Source: Opitutales bacterium (GTDB lineage Bacteria; Verrucomicrobiota; Verrucomicrobiia; Opitutales; Coraliomargaritaceae). From it: a DNA stretch of 32,000 nt. Location: NCBI GenBank assembly GCA_049606355.1, contig JBMYVL010000010.1, forward strand, positions 30,001-62,000. Direction: 5' to 3'. A program made the translations under genes and the position numbers. The notes beneath the pieces were generated by a model. The model worked only from the letters and a program-made list of their open reading frames with translations. It made no database searches and had not been told where the DNA came from. Numbering within the stretch: the stretch's first letter is position 1; every line of letters begins with the position of its first letter. Positions 7,780 through 16,329 of this stretch are shown in pieces.

Positions 7780-9537
7780 TCAGTTGCCGTTTTCGGGATG
7801 ACCTACGCTAGGTTGTAGTACTGAGTACGAGGACTCGGCTGCCATGATGAGTTTGCGGCGATAAGGGCGTAGATGGAGCACCTTTAATAACGCGACAAAA
7901 AGAATACCAAAGAGAGTGGAGGCATAGGCTGCCATTAAACTGGCCTCGACAAGACCGATCGCGACCATGATGAGGGACAGCACCGTACCGCCGAGACCAA
8001 CATACAGTCCGAAGTCGAACAGATTGTCTTCATTGTCGAGCAGCTTGAGTTTCAGCTCAGCGTTGAGCTGCTGTTTCTCGATTTCACGCAGCTTTATTAA
8101 ACAAAAGCTGTAAATGACCAATTGAATGATGAAGAAGAGAATGAGCACTAGGAGTGTGACTTGATTGATTTCTTGCATAGCTTTGATTGGAGTTTGCAGG
8201 GATTGCAGGCTGTCAGCGACCGCAAATTCGATACGTGGGCTCGCTCCCGCGCTGCTGCCAAGTTGAGTTTTAAGCAGCTCTGGCTCATGGAGGAACCAAA
8301 CCGTCAATACCAGAGCAAGGCTTAGCAGAGAATCGCGCATCAAAACCGCTGGATTGTGCCGTGACACCGGCTGTGAATAGCGCTGCAAGCGGCTACGCCA
8401 GAGGGCGCCCATTGCCCATGTAAAACAAAACCCGCCCGCCAGTAGCAGCGTGAATTTAAGGAGTCGGCCCCCCATGGCGCTGTGATGCGTGATCTTGACA
8501 AACCACTGCGGCTGATAGGGCGCGGCAACTCGAAGGGCGTGCTTGAACAGCACGGGCGGCCGATAACGTACCTGTCCAGTCTCGAGTAGATATTGAACGG
8601 CGGCGGGTCCATGACTCAGTGCGTAGTTGAGATCCGCTACTGCGGTCGTCGGATGTTTGGCATAATAATCGTAAACGAGTTTGGGGGCCCGACTATGGTA
8701 GAGGGAGCTAAAAATCGTTGTGATGTGTTCCGGATCGGCACGTATGAGGGCGGCGATGGAAGCCCAATCATCAAGGTTTTGTGTGCGTGCCGCGAGTGCG
8801 CTTAGGGAGCGGAAATCCATATGCCCTGCGATGGACAAGGTGGCGATAACCAGATCTTCCATAGCCTTGACAGCGCGCGGTTGGCTATCGTGCGCTTGCT
8901 GTGCAAGGGTGCCAATCTCGCGTGCTAGACTGGGGTTAAAGGCCTCACTTTGCATGAGTAGTGCCAGTGTCAGGACCCCTGAGTCGAAGGGTGCTCCGGC
9001 AGGATGATCGGCCGGGTGCAGGCGTAGCAGACCACGTAAATTGCGGATACGCAGTATATGTACCACATGGCGATGACTGGATGCAGCGAGTTGATCAGCG
9101 AGTAAGGTGCGATTGGCGCGCGGTAGAAGTGCTGAGAGTACCGCATGGCGGTGATGTTCGGTCGGCAGAGGCCACTGGATACGTTCGAGGAACGGCTCAA
9201 ATACAGGTGCGGGCCCACCGCTCAGCCGATAGTGGGGATGGGTGTCATAGAGTGCGTTAATTTGCTGGGTCAGGGCACGACGATCCCGCTCGTTGTTGAG
9301 GCTGGCATCACATAATTTTTGGGCGACGCCGACGTTAGCTGTGGCAAGTGCATCCCATGCGGTCTGTTTGGGGGAGAGGCCTTGTTGCCCCGCATCGGCA
9401 AGCACGCGGGAATCGACCGAATGAATCTGGGCCGGTACGCATAGACCAAGTAGAATGAGTCCGCAGGCGGCGATCCACAAAGCAAGGGTCTTCAGTAGGA
9501 TGAGCATGTTGCGTACTTCACACATAAGCTTACGCAA
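7780..9537 (-). CDS. Six-TM membrane protein: N-terminal anchor, ~330-aa extracytoplasmic His-rich domain, and a C-terminal three-helix module resembling the ExbB/TolQ/MotA proton channel
   Basis: The 585-aa ORF opens at TTG 9537, with ATG alternatives at 9525 and 9507. Hydrophobic segments are at residues ~12-34, ~369-390, ~413-427, 460-481, 510-530 and 532-554. The motif VGLGGTV resembles ExbB/TolQ GLFGTVWG, and AAYASTLFGILFVAL resembles ALLATAIGLVAAI. The positive-inside rule gives an ExbB-like topology for the last three helices. Confidence 0.6.
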   Translation of the reverse strand: MRKLMCEVRNMLILLKTLALWIAACGLILLGLCVPAQIHSVDSRVLADAGQQGLSPKQTAWDALATANVGVAQKLCDASLNNERDRRALTQQINALYDTHPHYRLSGGPAPVFEPFLERIQWPLPTEHHRHAVLSALLPRANRTLLADQLAASSHRHVVHILRIRNLRGLLRLHPADHPAGAPFDSGVLTLALLMQSEAFNPSLAREIGTLAQQAHDSQPRAVKAMEDLVIATLSIAGHMDFRSLSALAARTQNLDDWASIAALIRADPEHITTIFSSLYHSRAPKLVYDYYAKHPTTAVADLNYALSHGPAAVQYLLETGQVRYRPPVLFKHALRVAAPYQPQWFVKITHHSAMGGRLLKFTLLLAGGFCFTWAMGALWRSRLQRYSQPVSRHNPAVLMRDSLLSLALVLTVWFLHEPELLKTQLGSSAGASPRIEFAVADSLQSLQTPIKAMQEINQVTLLVLILFFIIQLVIYSFCLIKLREIEKQQLNAELKLKLLDNEDNLFDFGLYVGLGGTVLSLIMVAIGLVEASLMAAYASTLFGILFVALLKVLHLRPYRRKLIMAAESSYSVLQPSVGHPENGN

Positions 9538-9635
9538 GTACTCGATGAGGGCAAGTGTATGCGTGGAGCGTAGCCGAAAAGTGCTGCGTTAGAAAGGCAT
9601 TGCCAGCCGCGATTCAGGGCCCTTTCTCTACCTGC

Positions 9636-10373
9636 ATGGATGCGGAAAAAGTACGCACTTATTTTGAAGCGGAAACAGTGGTCGAGCAGTATGCCAACGC
9701 AGCTACTCAACTCGGGCTGTGGTTGTCTGAAGAGAAATTATTCACCAAACTTTTTGCGCCGAGTGACTCAATTTTGGAGCTCGGCTGTGGGGCTGGCCGT
9801 ATCGCGATGGGGCTCCATGAGCTCGGTTACCGCAATGTGCTCGGCACCGATTACGCAAAAGCCATGGTGCAGCGGGCGCGGCAATTGGCCAAATTGTTGG
9901 AATATTCGATTCCGTTTCGCATCGCCGATGCCACTCGATTGAAATTCGAGGATAATGTTTTCGATGGCGCTATTTTTGGCTTCAACGGCTTGATGCAGAT
10001 CCCCAAGACCAGTCAGCGGGAGTTGGCTTTGCGTGAGATTTACCGTGTCTTGCGACCGGGGAGCTGGTTTGTGTTTACCACACATGATCGCGACGTATCG
10101 CCCCACCGGAAATTTTGGGCGGATGAGCAGGCACGCTGGCAGGCAGGTGCACAATCAGCGGAATTGGACGATTTTGGAGACCGTGCGGAGGAGACTGCCG
10201 CCGGCCAGCATTATATGCACGTCCCGACAGTGTCTGAAATGAGTGCCTTACTCACTGCAGTCGGCTACCGAATCGAGGCACATGCACTGCGTTCGGCGCT
10301 TGCCGATGAACCTGACGACGTGCGCGAATTCTCGGATGAGTGTCGTTTTTGGGTCGTACAGAAGCCTAGCTGA
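9636..10373 (+). CDS. Class I SAM-dependent methyltransferase, substrate unknown
   Basis: Motif I is [15 protein letters not shown]. The post-I acidic residue is in VLGTDYA, and motifs II/III are in [14 protein letters not shown] ... LRPGSWFVF. The ORF opens at 9555, but the ATG at 9636 ([11 protein letters not shown]) gives a typical length. Confidence 0.8.
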   Translation: MDAEKVRTYFEAETVVEQYANAATQLGLWLSEEKLFTKLFAPSDSILELGCGAGRIAMGLHELGYRNVLGTDYAKAMVQRARQLAKLLEYSIPFRIADATRLKFEDNVFDGAIFGFNGLMQIPKTSQRELALREIYRVLRPGSWFVFTTHDRDVSPHRKFWADEQARWQAGAQSAELDDFGDRAEETAAGQHYMHVPTVSEMSALLTAVGYRIEAHALRSALADEPDDVREFSDECRFWVVQKPS

Positions 10374-10374
10374 T

Positions 10375-10950
10375 TTAAGTTTCGCGGCAGCAGGTGCAGG
10401 TGTAGCAGAAGGCGCGTAATGTTTCCGACCAATGATCTTCAGGTAAATTGGCCTTACGCAGCAGCGCTTTAAAAAATGCCTCCGGGGTCGGTAGCGATTG
10501 CCAAACCGCGGGCAGAAAGGTCGCGTGGTGAGAATTATCTTCAATCAGCAGCCCATCGATTCCAGGTCGTAATTGACTGAGCAAGTCGGCACGATTGCTT
10601 ATGGCGAGGGGTTGGAGTGTATCGAGAATGGATAACTGGAGCCGCGTGTGCCGAAGCTCAGCGACTGTCAGTGGAGCAAAACGCACATCATGAAACGCTG
10701 CGTTACACGCTTGGGTGGCGACGGCTTGTACCAGTGGTTGATTGGCTTCTAGAGTGCCGACGCAGCCACGTAATTGCTGGTCGAGCATTAAAGTGACGAA
10801 ACAGGCACGCTTGCTCTGTAGCTGTTTGGGGTAGAGCGCTGTTTGCACTGCAAGCGGAGTACCTGTTTCGAGGTGATGCAGGATTGATTGACGAGCCAGT
10901 TGTAGGAGCCGTGTCTCGTCTGCCTTGCTGTACTGCTGCGTGGATTCCAT
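10375..10950 (-). CDS. amrA: AmmeMemoRadiSam system protein A (AMMECR1 domain)
   Basis: The AMMECR1 signature LRGCVGTLEANQPL is present. The size is 191 aa. The gene starts 10 nt downstream of the Memo-family gene. Confidence 0.85.
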   Translation of the reverse strand: MESTQQYSKADETRLLQLARQSILHHLETGTPLAVQTALYPKQLQSKRACFVTLMLDQQLRGCVGTLEANQPLVQAVATQACNAAFHDVRFAPLTVAELRHTRLQLSILDTLQPLAISNRADLLSQLRPGIDGLLIEDNSHHATFLPAVWQSLPTPEAFFKALLRKANLPEDHWSETLRAFCYTCTCCRET

Positions 10951-10960
10951 GTGTGTTTTC

Positions 10961-11764
10961 TCAGCCTGCTACGAGGCTCCATGCGCCGTAGCCGACGACA
11001 CGCTGACGGTTGCCTGTGCTGTCTCCCGAATTGCCTAGGTCGAGGGTGTGGACTGTGAGTCGCTGGGACTGTGCCGCTTGCAGCAGACCGTTGAGCGCAT
11101 AGGCGCCACAGGCTTCGTGGGTGCCTATTTGAGTGGAGTTAAGCTGTTCAATTTTACGGCAGGTCGTAGCATCGATCCGGCGTGCGCTGGCATCGTCCAA
11201 ATAGTGGCTCAGGTCAGTACTCAACAGCACGAGGCTATCTTTCGACCATAAGGCCTGAATGACGGCAGCCACACTGGCTGCGGTGGCTACTCCAACGAGC
11301 AGGGGTACAATCGTAAAGGAGTCCAACACGCACTGCAGGAAGGGGAGTTGCACTTCGAGACAATGCTCATGGCTGTGGGCGTGTTCGATCATATGTACTT
11401 GCGGAAATTCGAGAGTTTGCGCAACGGCACTCCGGTCGACCGTCACGTCGCCAAGCGGGCTGCGAAAAACGTGGGCCGTGCTCACCGCAAGTCCGTCGAA
11501 GCAGGAATAATGTGATGGGCCCAGCAAGAGGATTCGGCGGATGGATTTACTGGACTGCTGGAGTCGATGGTAAGCTGCTCCAGCGACGGATCCGGAGTAC
11601 GTGTACCCCGCATGTGGCACAATCAATGCCCGCAGGATGGCGTGATTGGGATGCGGTGCCGCGGTCCTCACGAAATGGAGGACTTGGTCTTTTAATTGAT
11701 CCGCATTGCTGGGGTAAAACAGGCCGGCTACCGCGGGCTGTCGAACGTGCGAGGGATACATCAC
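10961..11764 (-). CDS. amrB: AmmeMemoRadiSam system protein B (MEMO1 family)
   Basis: The Memo signature LIVPHAGYTYSG and His-rich motifs (HAHSHEHCLEVQLPFL) are present. The size is 267 aa. Confidence 0.85.
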   Translation of the reverse strand: MMYPSHVRQPAVAGLFYPSNADQLKDQVLHFVRTAAPHPNHAILRALIVPHAGYTYSGSVAGAAYHRLQQSSKSIRRILLLGPSHYSCFDGLAVSTAHVFRSPLGDVTVDRSAVAQTLEFPQVHMIEHAHSHEHCLEVQLPFLQCVLDSFTIVPLLVGVATAASVAAVIQALWSKDSLVLLSTDLSHYLDDASARRIDATTCRKIEQLNSTQIGTHEACGAYALNGLLQAAQSQRLTVHTLDLGNSGDSTGNRQRVVGYGAWSLVAG

Positions 11765-11849
11765 TTTACGTTAGTTTAACCATGTATGGGGCCCCCTGCA
11801 AGCGAGGTGCATGAATTGACCCACCGGGAATGACGCGTTATTGTAAGCG

Positions 11850-12935
11850 ATGAAAGCCATTCAGCAGTCGCAGTATTCGGCCAGATATTGGGAGCGGTTA
11901 ACTGATGGGCGGATTCGTTGTACGCTGTGCCCTCGTTACTGTAAATTAAAGGATGGTCAGCGTGGCATGTGTTTCGTGCGGCAGCGCCGTGGCGATCGTA
12001 TGATTCTGACCACTTATGGCCGTTCCAGTGGCTTTTGTATCGATCCAATCGAAAAAAAACCTCTCAACCATTTTCTGCCAGGCTCGCCGGTACTTTCCTT
12101 TGGCACCGCAGGGTGTAACTTAGCCTGCAAATTTTGCCAGAATTGGGACATTAGTAAGTCGCGCGAATGGGACACCTTGTGTGATGCAGCCAGTCCGCAA
12201 CAGATCGCAAGGGCCGCACGCAACCAACATTGTCGGAGCGTCGCCTTCACGTACAATGATCCAGTGATCTTCACGGAGTATGCGATGGATGTGGCTCAAG
12301 CCTGCCGCGAGCTCGGGATCAAGGCGGTTGCAGTTTCCGCTGGCTATATGTGTGCGGAGCCGCGCGCCGATTTATATGCACATATAGATGCTGCGAATAT
12401 CGATTTAAAGGCCTTTACTGAGGACTTCTACCGCAAGATGACCGGTGGGCATCTGGAACCAGTACTCGATACGATTCGTTACCTTCACCATGAAACGCCG
12501 GTATGGTTGGAATTGACTACCTTGCTCATTCCCGGACTCAACGATAGCTCGGAAGAAATCGATACTCTAACGCGCTGGGTCGTCGAAGAGTTGAGCGTCG
12601 ATGTCCCCATACATTTTACCGCCTTTCATCCAGACTGGAAGTTGCGTGATCGGCCGCCGACATCCGCTGATACCTTGAGTCGTGCCCGGCGCATTGCCAT
12701 GCAGAATGGGCTGCGTTACGCGTATACCGGAAATGTTCACGACGTCGCCGGCGGGAGTACCTACTGTGCGGGCTGTGGGCACTGCTTGGTGAAGCGTGAT
12801 TGGTATCTGATTCGTGACTACAATTTGACCAATACCGGTTCCTGTCGATTCTGTGGCCTGCAGTGTGCCGGCGTCTATGAAGGATCCTGCGGTACTTGGG
12901 GCGCGAAGCGCCAGTCGCTGCGCATTTCGATTTAA
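11850..12935 (+). CDS. amrS: AmmeMemoRadiSam system radical SAM enzyme
   Basis: The radical-SAM cluster motif is CNLACKFCQNW. There is an N-terminal Cys motif (CTLCPRYCKLKDGQRGMC) and a C-terminal Cys motif (CAGCGHC ... CRFCG), typical of the PflA-like AmrS family. It is divergent from amrB-amrA. Confidence 0.85.
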   Translation: MKAIQQSQYSARYWERLTDGRIRCTLCPRYCKLKDGQRGMCFVRQRRGDRMILTTYGRSSGFCIDPIEKKPLNHFLPGSPVLSFGTAGCNLACKFCQNWDISKSREWDTLCDAASPQQIARAARNQHCRSVAFTYNDPVIFTEYAMDVAQACRELGIKAVAVSAGYMCAEPRADLYAHIDAANIDLKAFTEDFYRKMTGGHLEPVLDTIRYLHHETPVWLELTTLLIPGLNDSSEEIDTLTRWVVEELSVDVPIHFTAFHPDWKLRDRPPTSADTLSRARRIAMQNGLRYAYTGNVHDVAGGSTYCAGCGHCLVKRDWYLIRDYNLTNTGSCRFCGLQCAGVYEGSCGTWGAKRQSLRISI

Positions 12936-13669
12936 AGCAAGCCAGCATCATGGAAGCTATAGTAACCAAGGCCCAATGGATCCTTCGGCTTGTGACCGAG
13001 AATGACATGATCGAGTAATTCGATTTGAATGGTCTGGGCGGCTTCGCGTACTTGGCGTGTGACTTGTAAGTCGGCACGACTGGGCGCTGGGTCACCGCTT
13101 GGGTGGTTGTGGACGAGGATAATTCCGGATGCGCTTTGCTTGATGGCTTCGCGAAAGACTTCGCGTGGATGGACCAAGCTGCTGGTTGCGGTCCCGCTGC
13201 TGCACTCGATGTCGCGAATGAGGCGATTCTTGCGATCGAGCGTGAGTACCCAGCATTTTTCAACAGCTAGGCCTGCAGTGCGTGCCCGAAAATGCTGCGC
13301 CACACGCTCCGGGTGGTCGTAAATGCCTTCGGTGCTGGCGGTATCCCAACGTTCCATGATTCGGCGCGCCAACTCCATAACAGTGAGCAGTTGAGCGGCT
13401 TTGACGGCGCCGATTCCATGCACCTGCAGAAAGTCGGCACGAGTCCAATACATGAGTTTGGCCAGCGAGCCTGCTTGATCCAGCAACTCACCGGTGAGGC
13501 TGATGATGTCGACGCCTTTTTGCCCGCTGCGAAGGATGAGCGCCAGTAATTCGCGGTCGCTCAAGGCCTGTGCCCCGTGCTTTTCCAGTCGCTCTTGCGG
13601 TCGCTCACTCAGAACCATGTCCTGAATGCGGCGGTTGTGATAGGGTTGCCGTTTATCGGATCGCTGCAT
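12932..13669 (-). CDS. radC: RadC-family JAB/MPN-domain protein
   Basis: The N-terminus reads ERPQERLEKHGAQALSDRELLALILRSGQKG, with an HhH region. The JAMM motif is HNHPSGDPAPSRAD. The stop codon overlaps the amrS stop in a convergent TTAA. Confidence 0.9.
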   Translation of the reverse strand: MQRSDKRQPYHNRRIQDMVLSERPQERLEKHGAQALSDRELLALILRSGQKGVDIISLTGELLDQAGSLAKLMYWTRADFLQVHGIGAVKAAQLLTVMELARRIMERWDTASTEGIYDHPERVAQHFRARTAGLAVEKCWVLTLDRKNRLIRDIECSSGTATSSLVHPREVFREAIKQSASGIILVHNHPSGDPAPSRADLQVTRQVREAAQTIQIELLDHVILGHKPKDPLGLGYYSFHDAGLL

Positions 13670-13792
13670 CGCTTTAGATGGATGTGTGGTGCGTTAGCTT
13701 GTGTTCGATTGACAAACGAACCTATAGCGAATGTGTACAAATGTACATCCATAAACTGAAAGCTGCTTCAATCGGGGCAGCCTAGCGAGTTT

Positions 13793-14992
13793 GTGTCGTT
13801 CGTGAGTTTTCTGTTTGTGCGCACTCAACAAGCGCTCACAGTAATTTTCGTGCGATTTACACTGGAGAAACCGAGCCTGTTTGGCGAAACCCTCGAAACC
13901 CTGACCGCTGCGGTGCAAGCGGCAGGCTTCCCAGCGTTTCGAGCCAAACAGTTACTGGAGTGGCTTTACAAGAAGCGGGTGCAGTCTTGGGAGGCGATGA
14001 CCAATCTGCCAAAAAATTTCCGGGAGTGGCTCGCCGACACTTATATTTTGTATCCGACTCAACCGGTGTTGGATAAGCGCTCGGATGATGTTACGCAGAA
14101 GTTTCTTCTCGAACTGGAGGATCGATCACTGATCGAGACAGTACTGATTCGTGCTCCGCAGACAGGTGTCGGGCAGGAGAAGTCACGCAAGACGGTGTGT
14201 GTCTCGATTCAAGTCGGCTGTGCCTATGGCTGTAAGTTTTGTGCTTCGGGTTTGGCTGGGTTTAAGCGTAATTTGCTGGCGGCCGAGGTGGTCTCTCAGT
14301 TGATGCACATTTGCCGGATGGAGGATGCTCATACCGCGCGCGCTAAAGACGAGATCGCGTCTTTCGACAACATCGTGTTCATGGGCATGGGGGAGCCGTT
14401 GGCTAATTACGACACACTGGTTCGTACCATTAAAATTTTGAATGCCGACTGGGGCCTGAATTTTGGTGCGCGACGGATTACTGTTTCGACCTCCGGACTG
14501 GCACCAAAAATTTTGCAACTTGCGGATGAAGGGATTCCCGTGCGTCTAGCTATATCCTTGCATGGGGCGACCAACGAGGTGCGCGAACGGATCATGCCGG
14601 TGAATAAGCGCTACCCTTTGGAGCAACTGATCCCTGCGGCGAAGGCTTTCCAGCAAAAGCACGGGCGGATGCTTACACTCGAGTTTATCTTAATCGAAGA
14701 TGTCAACGACAGTAGGGAGCAGGCGCGTGAGTTAGCGAAAATTGCTCGAGAGCTGCATGCGCATGTCAACTGCATCCCTTACAATAAGGTGGAAGGTCTG
14801 GAGTGGAAGCGTCCCAGTATTCGCCGACAGGACCAGTTTGTCGAACAGCTGCGGCAGGCGGGGGTATCGGTTACGATTCGCCGTGAAAAAGGGCACGACA
14901 TCAATGCAGCCTGCGGCCAGCTGCGTTTGAAGACGGAGAAGGCCATGGCTGAGGCGGAGTCGAAACCGAGCAATCCGTTTCTGAAGCCGTAG
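13793..14992 (+). CDS. rlmN: 23S rRNA (adenine2503-C2)/tRNA methyltransferase RlmN (radical SAM)
   Basis: Motifs present: FRAKQLLEWLY, the radical-SAM motif GCAYGCKFCASG, and the C-terminal INAACGQL. The ORF opens at GTG 13793. By comparison with typical RlmN N-termini, the true start may be the in-frame GTG at 13850. Confidence 0.9.
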   Translation: MSFVSFLFVRTQQALTVIFVRFTLEKPSLFGETLETLTAAVQAAGFPAFRAKQLLEWLYKKRVQSWEAMTNLPKNFREWLADTYILYPTQPVLDKRSDDVTQKFLLELEDRSLIETVLIRAPQTGVGQEKSRKTVCVSIQVGCAYGCKFCASGLAGFKRNLLAAEVVSQLMHICRMEDAHTARAKDEIASFDNIVFMGMGEPLANYDTLVRTIKILNADWGLNFGARRITVSTSGLAPKILQLADEGIPVRLAISLHGATNEVRERIMPVNKRYPLEQLIPAAKAFQQKHGRMLTLEFILIEDVNDSREQARELAKIARELHAHVNCIPYNKVEGLEWKRPSIRRQDQFVEQLRQAGVSVTIRREKGHDINAACGQLRLKTEKAMAEAESKPSNPFLKP

Positions 14993-15023
14993 CCGGGTCC
15001 AGCTGCCAGCTGAGGTGAGTTCG

Positions 15024-16298
15024 CTACGCTTTGATCTGCCCCTCGCCGTGAATCACGTATTTATAGGTACAGAGTTCGTTGAGCCCCATGGGGCCACGGG
15101 CATGCAGACGATCGGTCGAGATGCCGATCTCGGCGCCGAGGCCGAATTCGAAGCCATCGGAGAAGCGTGTGCTTGCGTTATGGAAAACCGCGGCCGAGTC
15201 GACCCCAGCTAGAAACGCCTGCGCTGCGCGGCTGTCGTTTGCCACGATGCTGTCGGTGTGTCCGGATCCATTGGCATTGATCAAATCGATGGCGGCTTGG
15301 GTGTCGGGCACGATCGCGATCGACAGAATCAGATCGGTATACTCCGTAGCAAAGTCTTCAGCACGGGCATCCACCAGTGGCAGTCCGGTACCGGTTAAAA
15401 GTGCTTTGGCGTGTGCATCCACGCGTAGTTCGACGCCTTTGTCGTGCAAGACCTTGGCCAGATGGGGGAGCTGCGCGGCGGCATCCTGGTGGACTAGCAG
15501 ATTTTCGGCAGCATTGCAGACGCTTGGGCGTTGTGTTTTTGAGTTCACGACAATCGCCTCCGCCATATCAGGATCTGCGCTGGCATCCAGATAGACCGAA
15601 CACACGCCTGTATAATGTTTAATCACTGGAATGCGGCTGTTCTCGACGGTGAAGCGTATGAGACTCTCGCCACCCCGGGGGATGATGCAGTGGACCGTAT
15701 CGTCTTGTTTGAGCAGCACATTCAGAGCTGCGCGGTCCGTGGTTGGGATGACTTGCACGGCATCCTCGTGGATACCGTTTGCTTGTAGTGTGGCTTTAAT
15801 AATGTCCGCCAGCTTCATATTCGTGTGGAAGGCTTCCTTCCCGCCACGCAGGATGGAAGCGTTGCCGGACTTTAGACATAGGATTGCACAATCCACCGTG
15901 ACGTTCGGCCGTGATTCATAGATGATTCCGATCACTCCCATCGGGACGCGAATTTTGCGTAGGTCAAAACCGCGCGGCGGCTGCAGGCGCTCGATTTCTG
16001 CGCCCACGGGATCGGCTAAGGCGGCGACTTGCCGCACGCCTTCGGCCATGGCGGCAATTCGTTCCGGTGTGAACGTGAGACGTTCGGTCATTGGGCCAGA
16101 GAGATCCATTTGTTTTGCAGCCTCTAAATCTAGGGCGTTGGCTTGCAAAATGGTTTCAGTCTCGGTCACTAACTGATCCGCAAGTTGATTGAGGAAGCGG
16201 TTTTTTGTATCAGTGGCAAGAGTTGCTAGTTCAAGCGAGGCCGCGCGGGCACGTCGCGCGATGTCGATGACGAGCTGATTGATTTCTTCGGTGTCCAT
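15024..16298 (-). CDS. proA: Gamma-glutamyl phosphate reductase
   Basis: The fold is ALDH-like, with catalytic-Cys motif [10 protein letters not shown] and C-terminus [33 protein letters not shown]. The canonical start MDTEEINQL is the ATG at 16298. The ORF extension to 16427 overlaps the upstream kinase gene. Confidence 0.92.
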   Translation of the reverse strand: MDTEEINQLVIDIARRARAASLELATLATDTKNRFLNQLADQLVTETETILQANALDLEAAKQMDLSGPMTERLTFTPERIAAMAEGVRQVAALADPVGAEIERLQPPRGFDLRKIRVPMGVIGIIYESRPNVTVDCAILCLKSGNASILRGGKEAFHTNMKLADIIKATLQANGIHEDAVQVIPTTDRAALNVLLKQDDTVHCIIPRGGESLIRFTVENSRIPVIKHYTGVCSVYLDASADPDMAEAIVVNSKTQRPSVCNAAENLLVHQDAAAQLPHLAKVLHDKGVELRVDAHAKALLTGTGLPLVDARAEDFATEYTDLILSIAIVPDTQAAIDLINANGSGHTDSIVANDSRAAQAFLAGVDSAAVFHNASTRFSDGFEFGLGAEIGISTDRLHARGPMGLNELCTYKYVIHGEGQIKA

Positions 16299-16329
16299 AC
16301 GTAATAAGGTGGGCTCTGTTTGGGGCTGC

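Noticed and set aside
6886-7818. Several plus-strand ORFs (130, 102, 77 and 109 aa) antisense to the coiled-coil gene
   Set aside because: They are Ser/Ala/Arg/Cys-rich products typical of the antisense frame of GC-rich, Ala/Glu-rich repeats. They overlap one another and lack plausible starts.
2103-9537. A Zorya-like anti-phage system: MotA/MotB-like pair near an SNF2 helicase, as in ZorABCD
   Set aside because: The SNF2 gene is on the opposite strand and is separated from the pair by the ArsR-methyltransferase gene. There is no ZorC-like gene. In Zorya the long coiled-coil tail is cytoplasmic and belongs to ZorA, and ZorB carries a PG-binding domain. Here the coil is on the B-like protein and is predicted to be periplasmic. 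The SWIM-SNF2 protein looks like a housekeeping family member. I keep this only as a remote possibility.
12616-13263. A 215-aa minus-strand ORF spanning the amrS 3' end and radC
   Set aside because: It is out of frame with radC and antisense to amrS. Its composition is Ser/Ala/Arg/His-rich and low-complexity. Both overlapped genes have strong family motifs.
15079-15594. A 171-aa plus-strand ORF antisense to proA
   Set aside because: It is a shadow ORF within a well-supported gene, with an Ala/Ser/Arg-rich composition.
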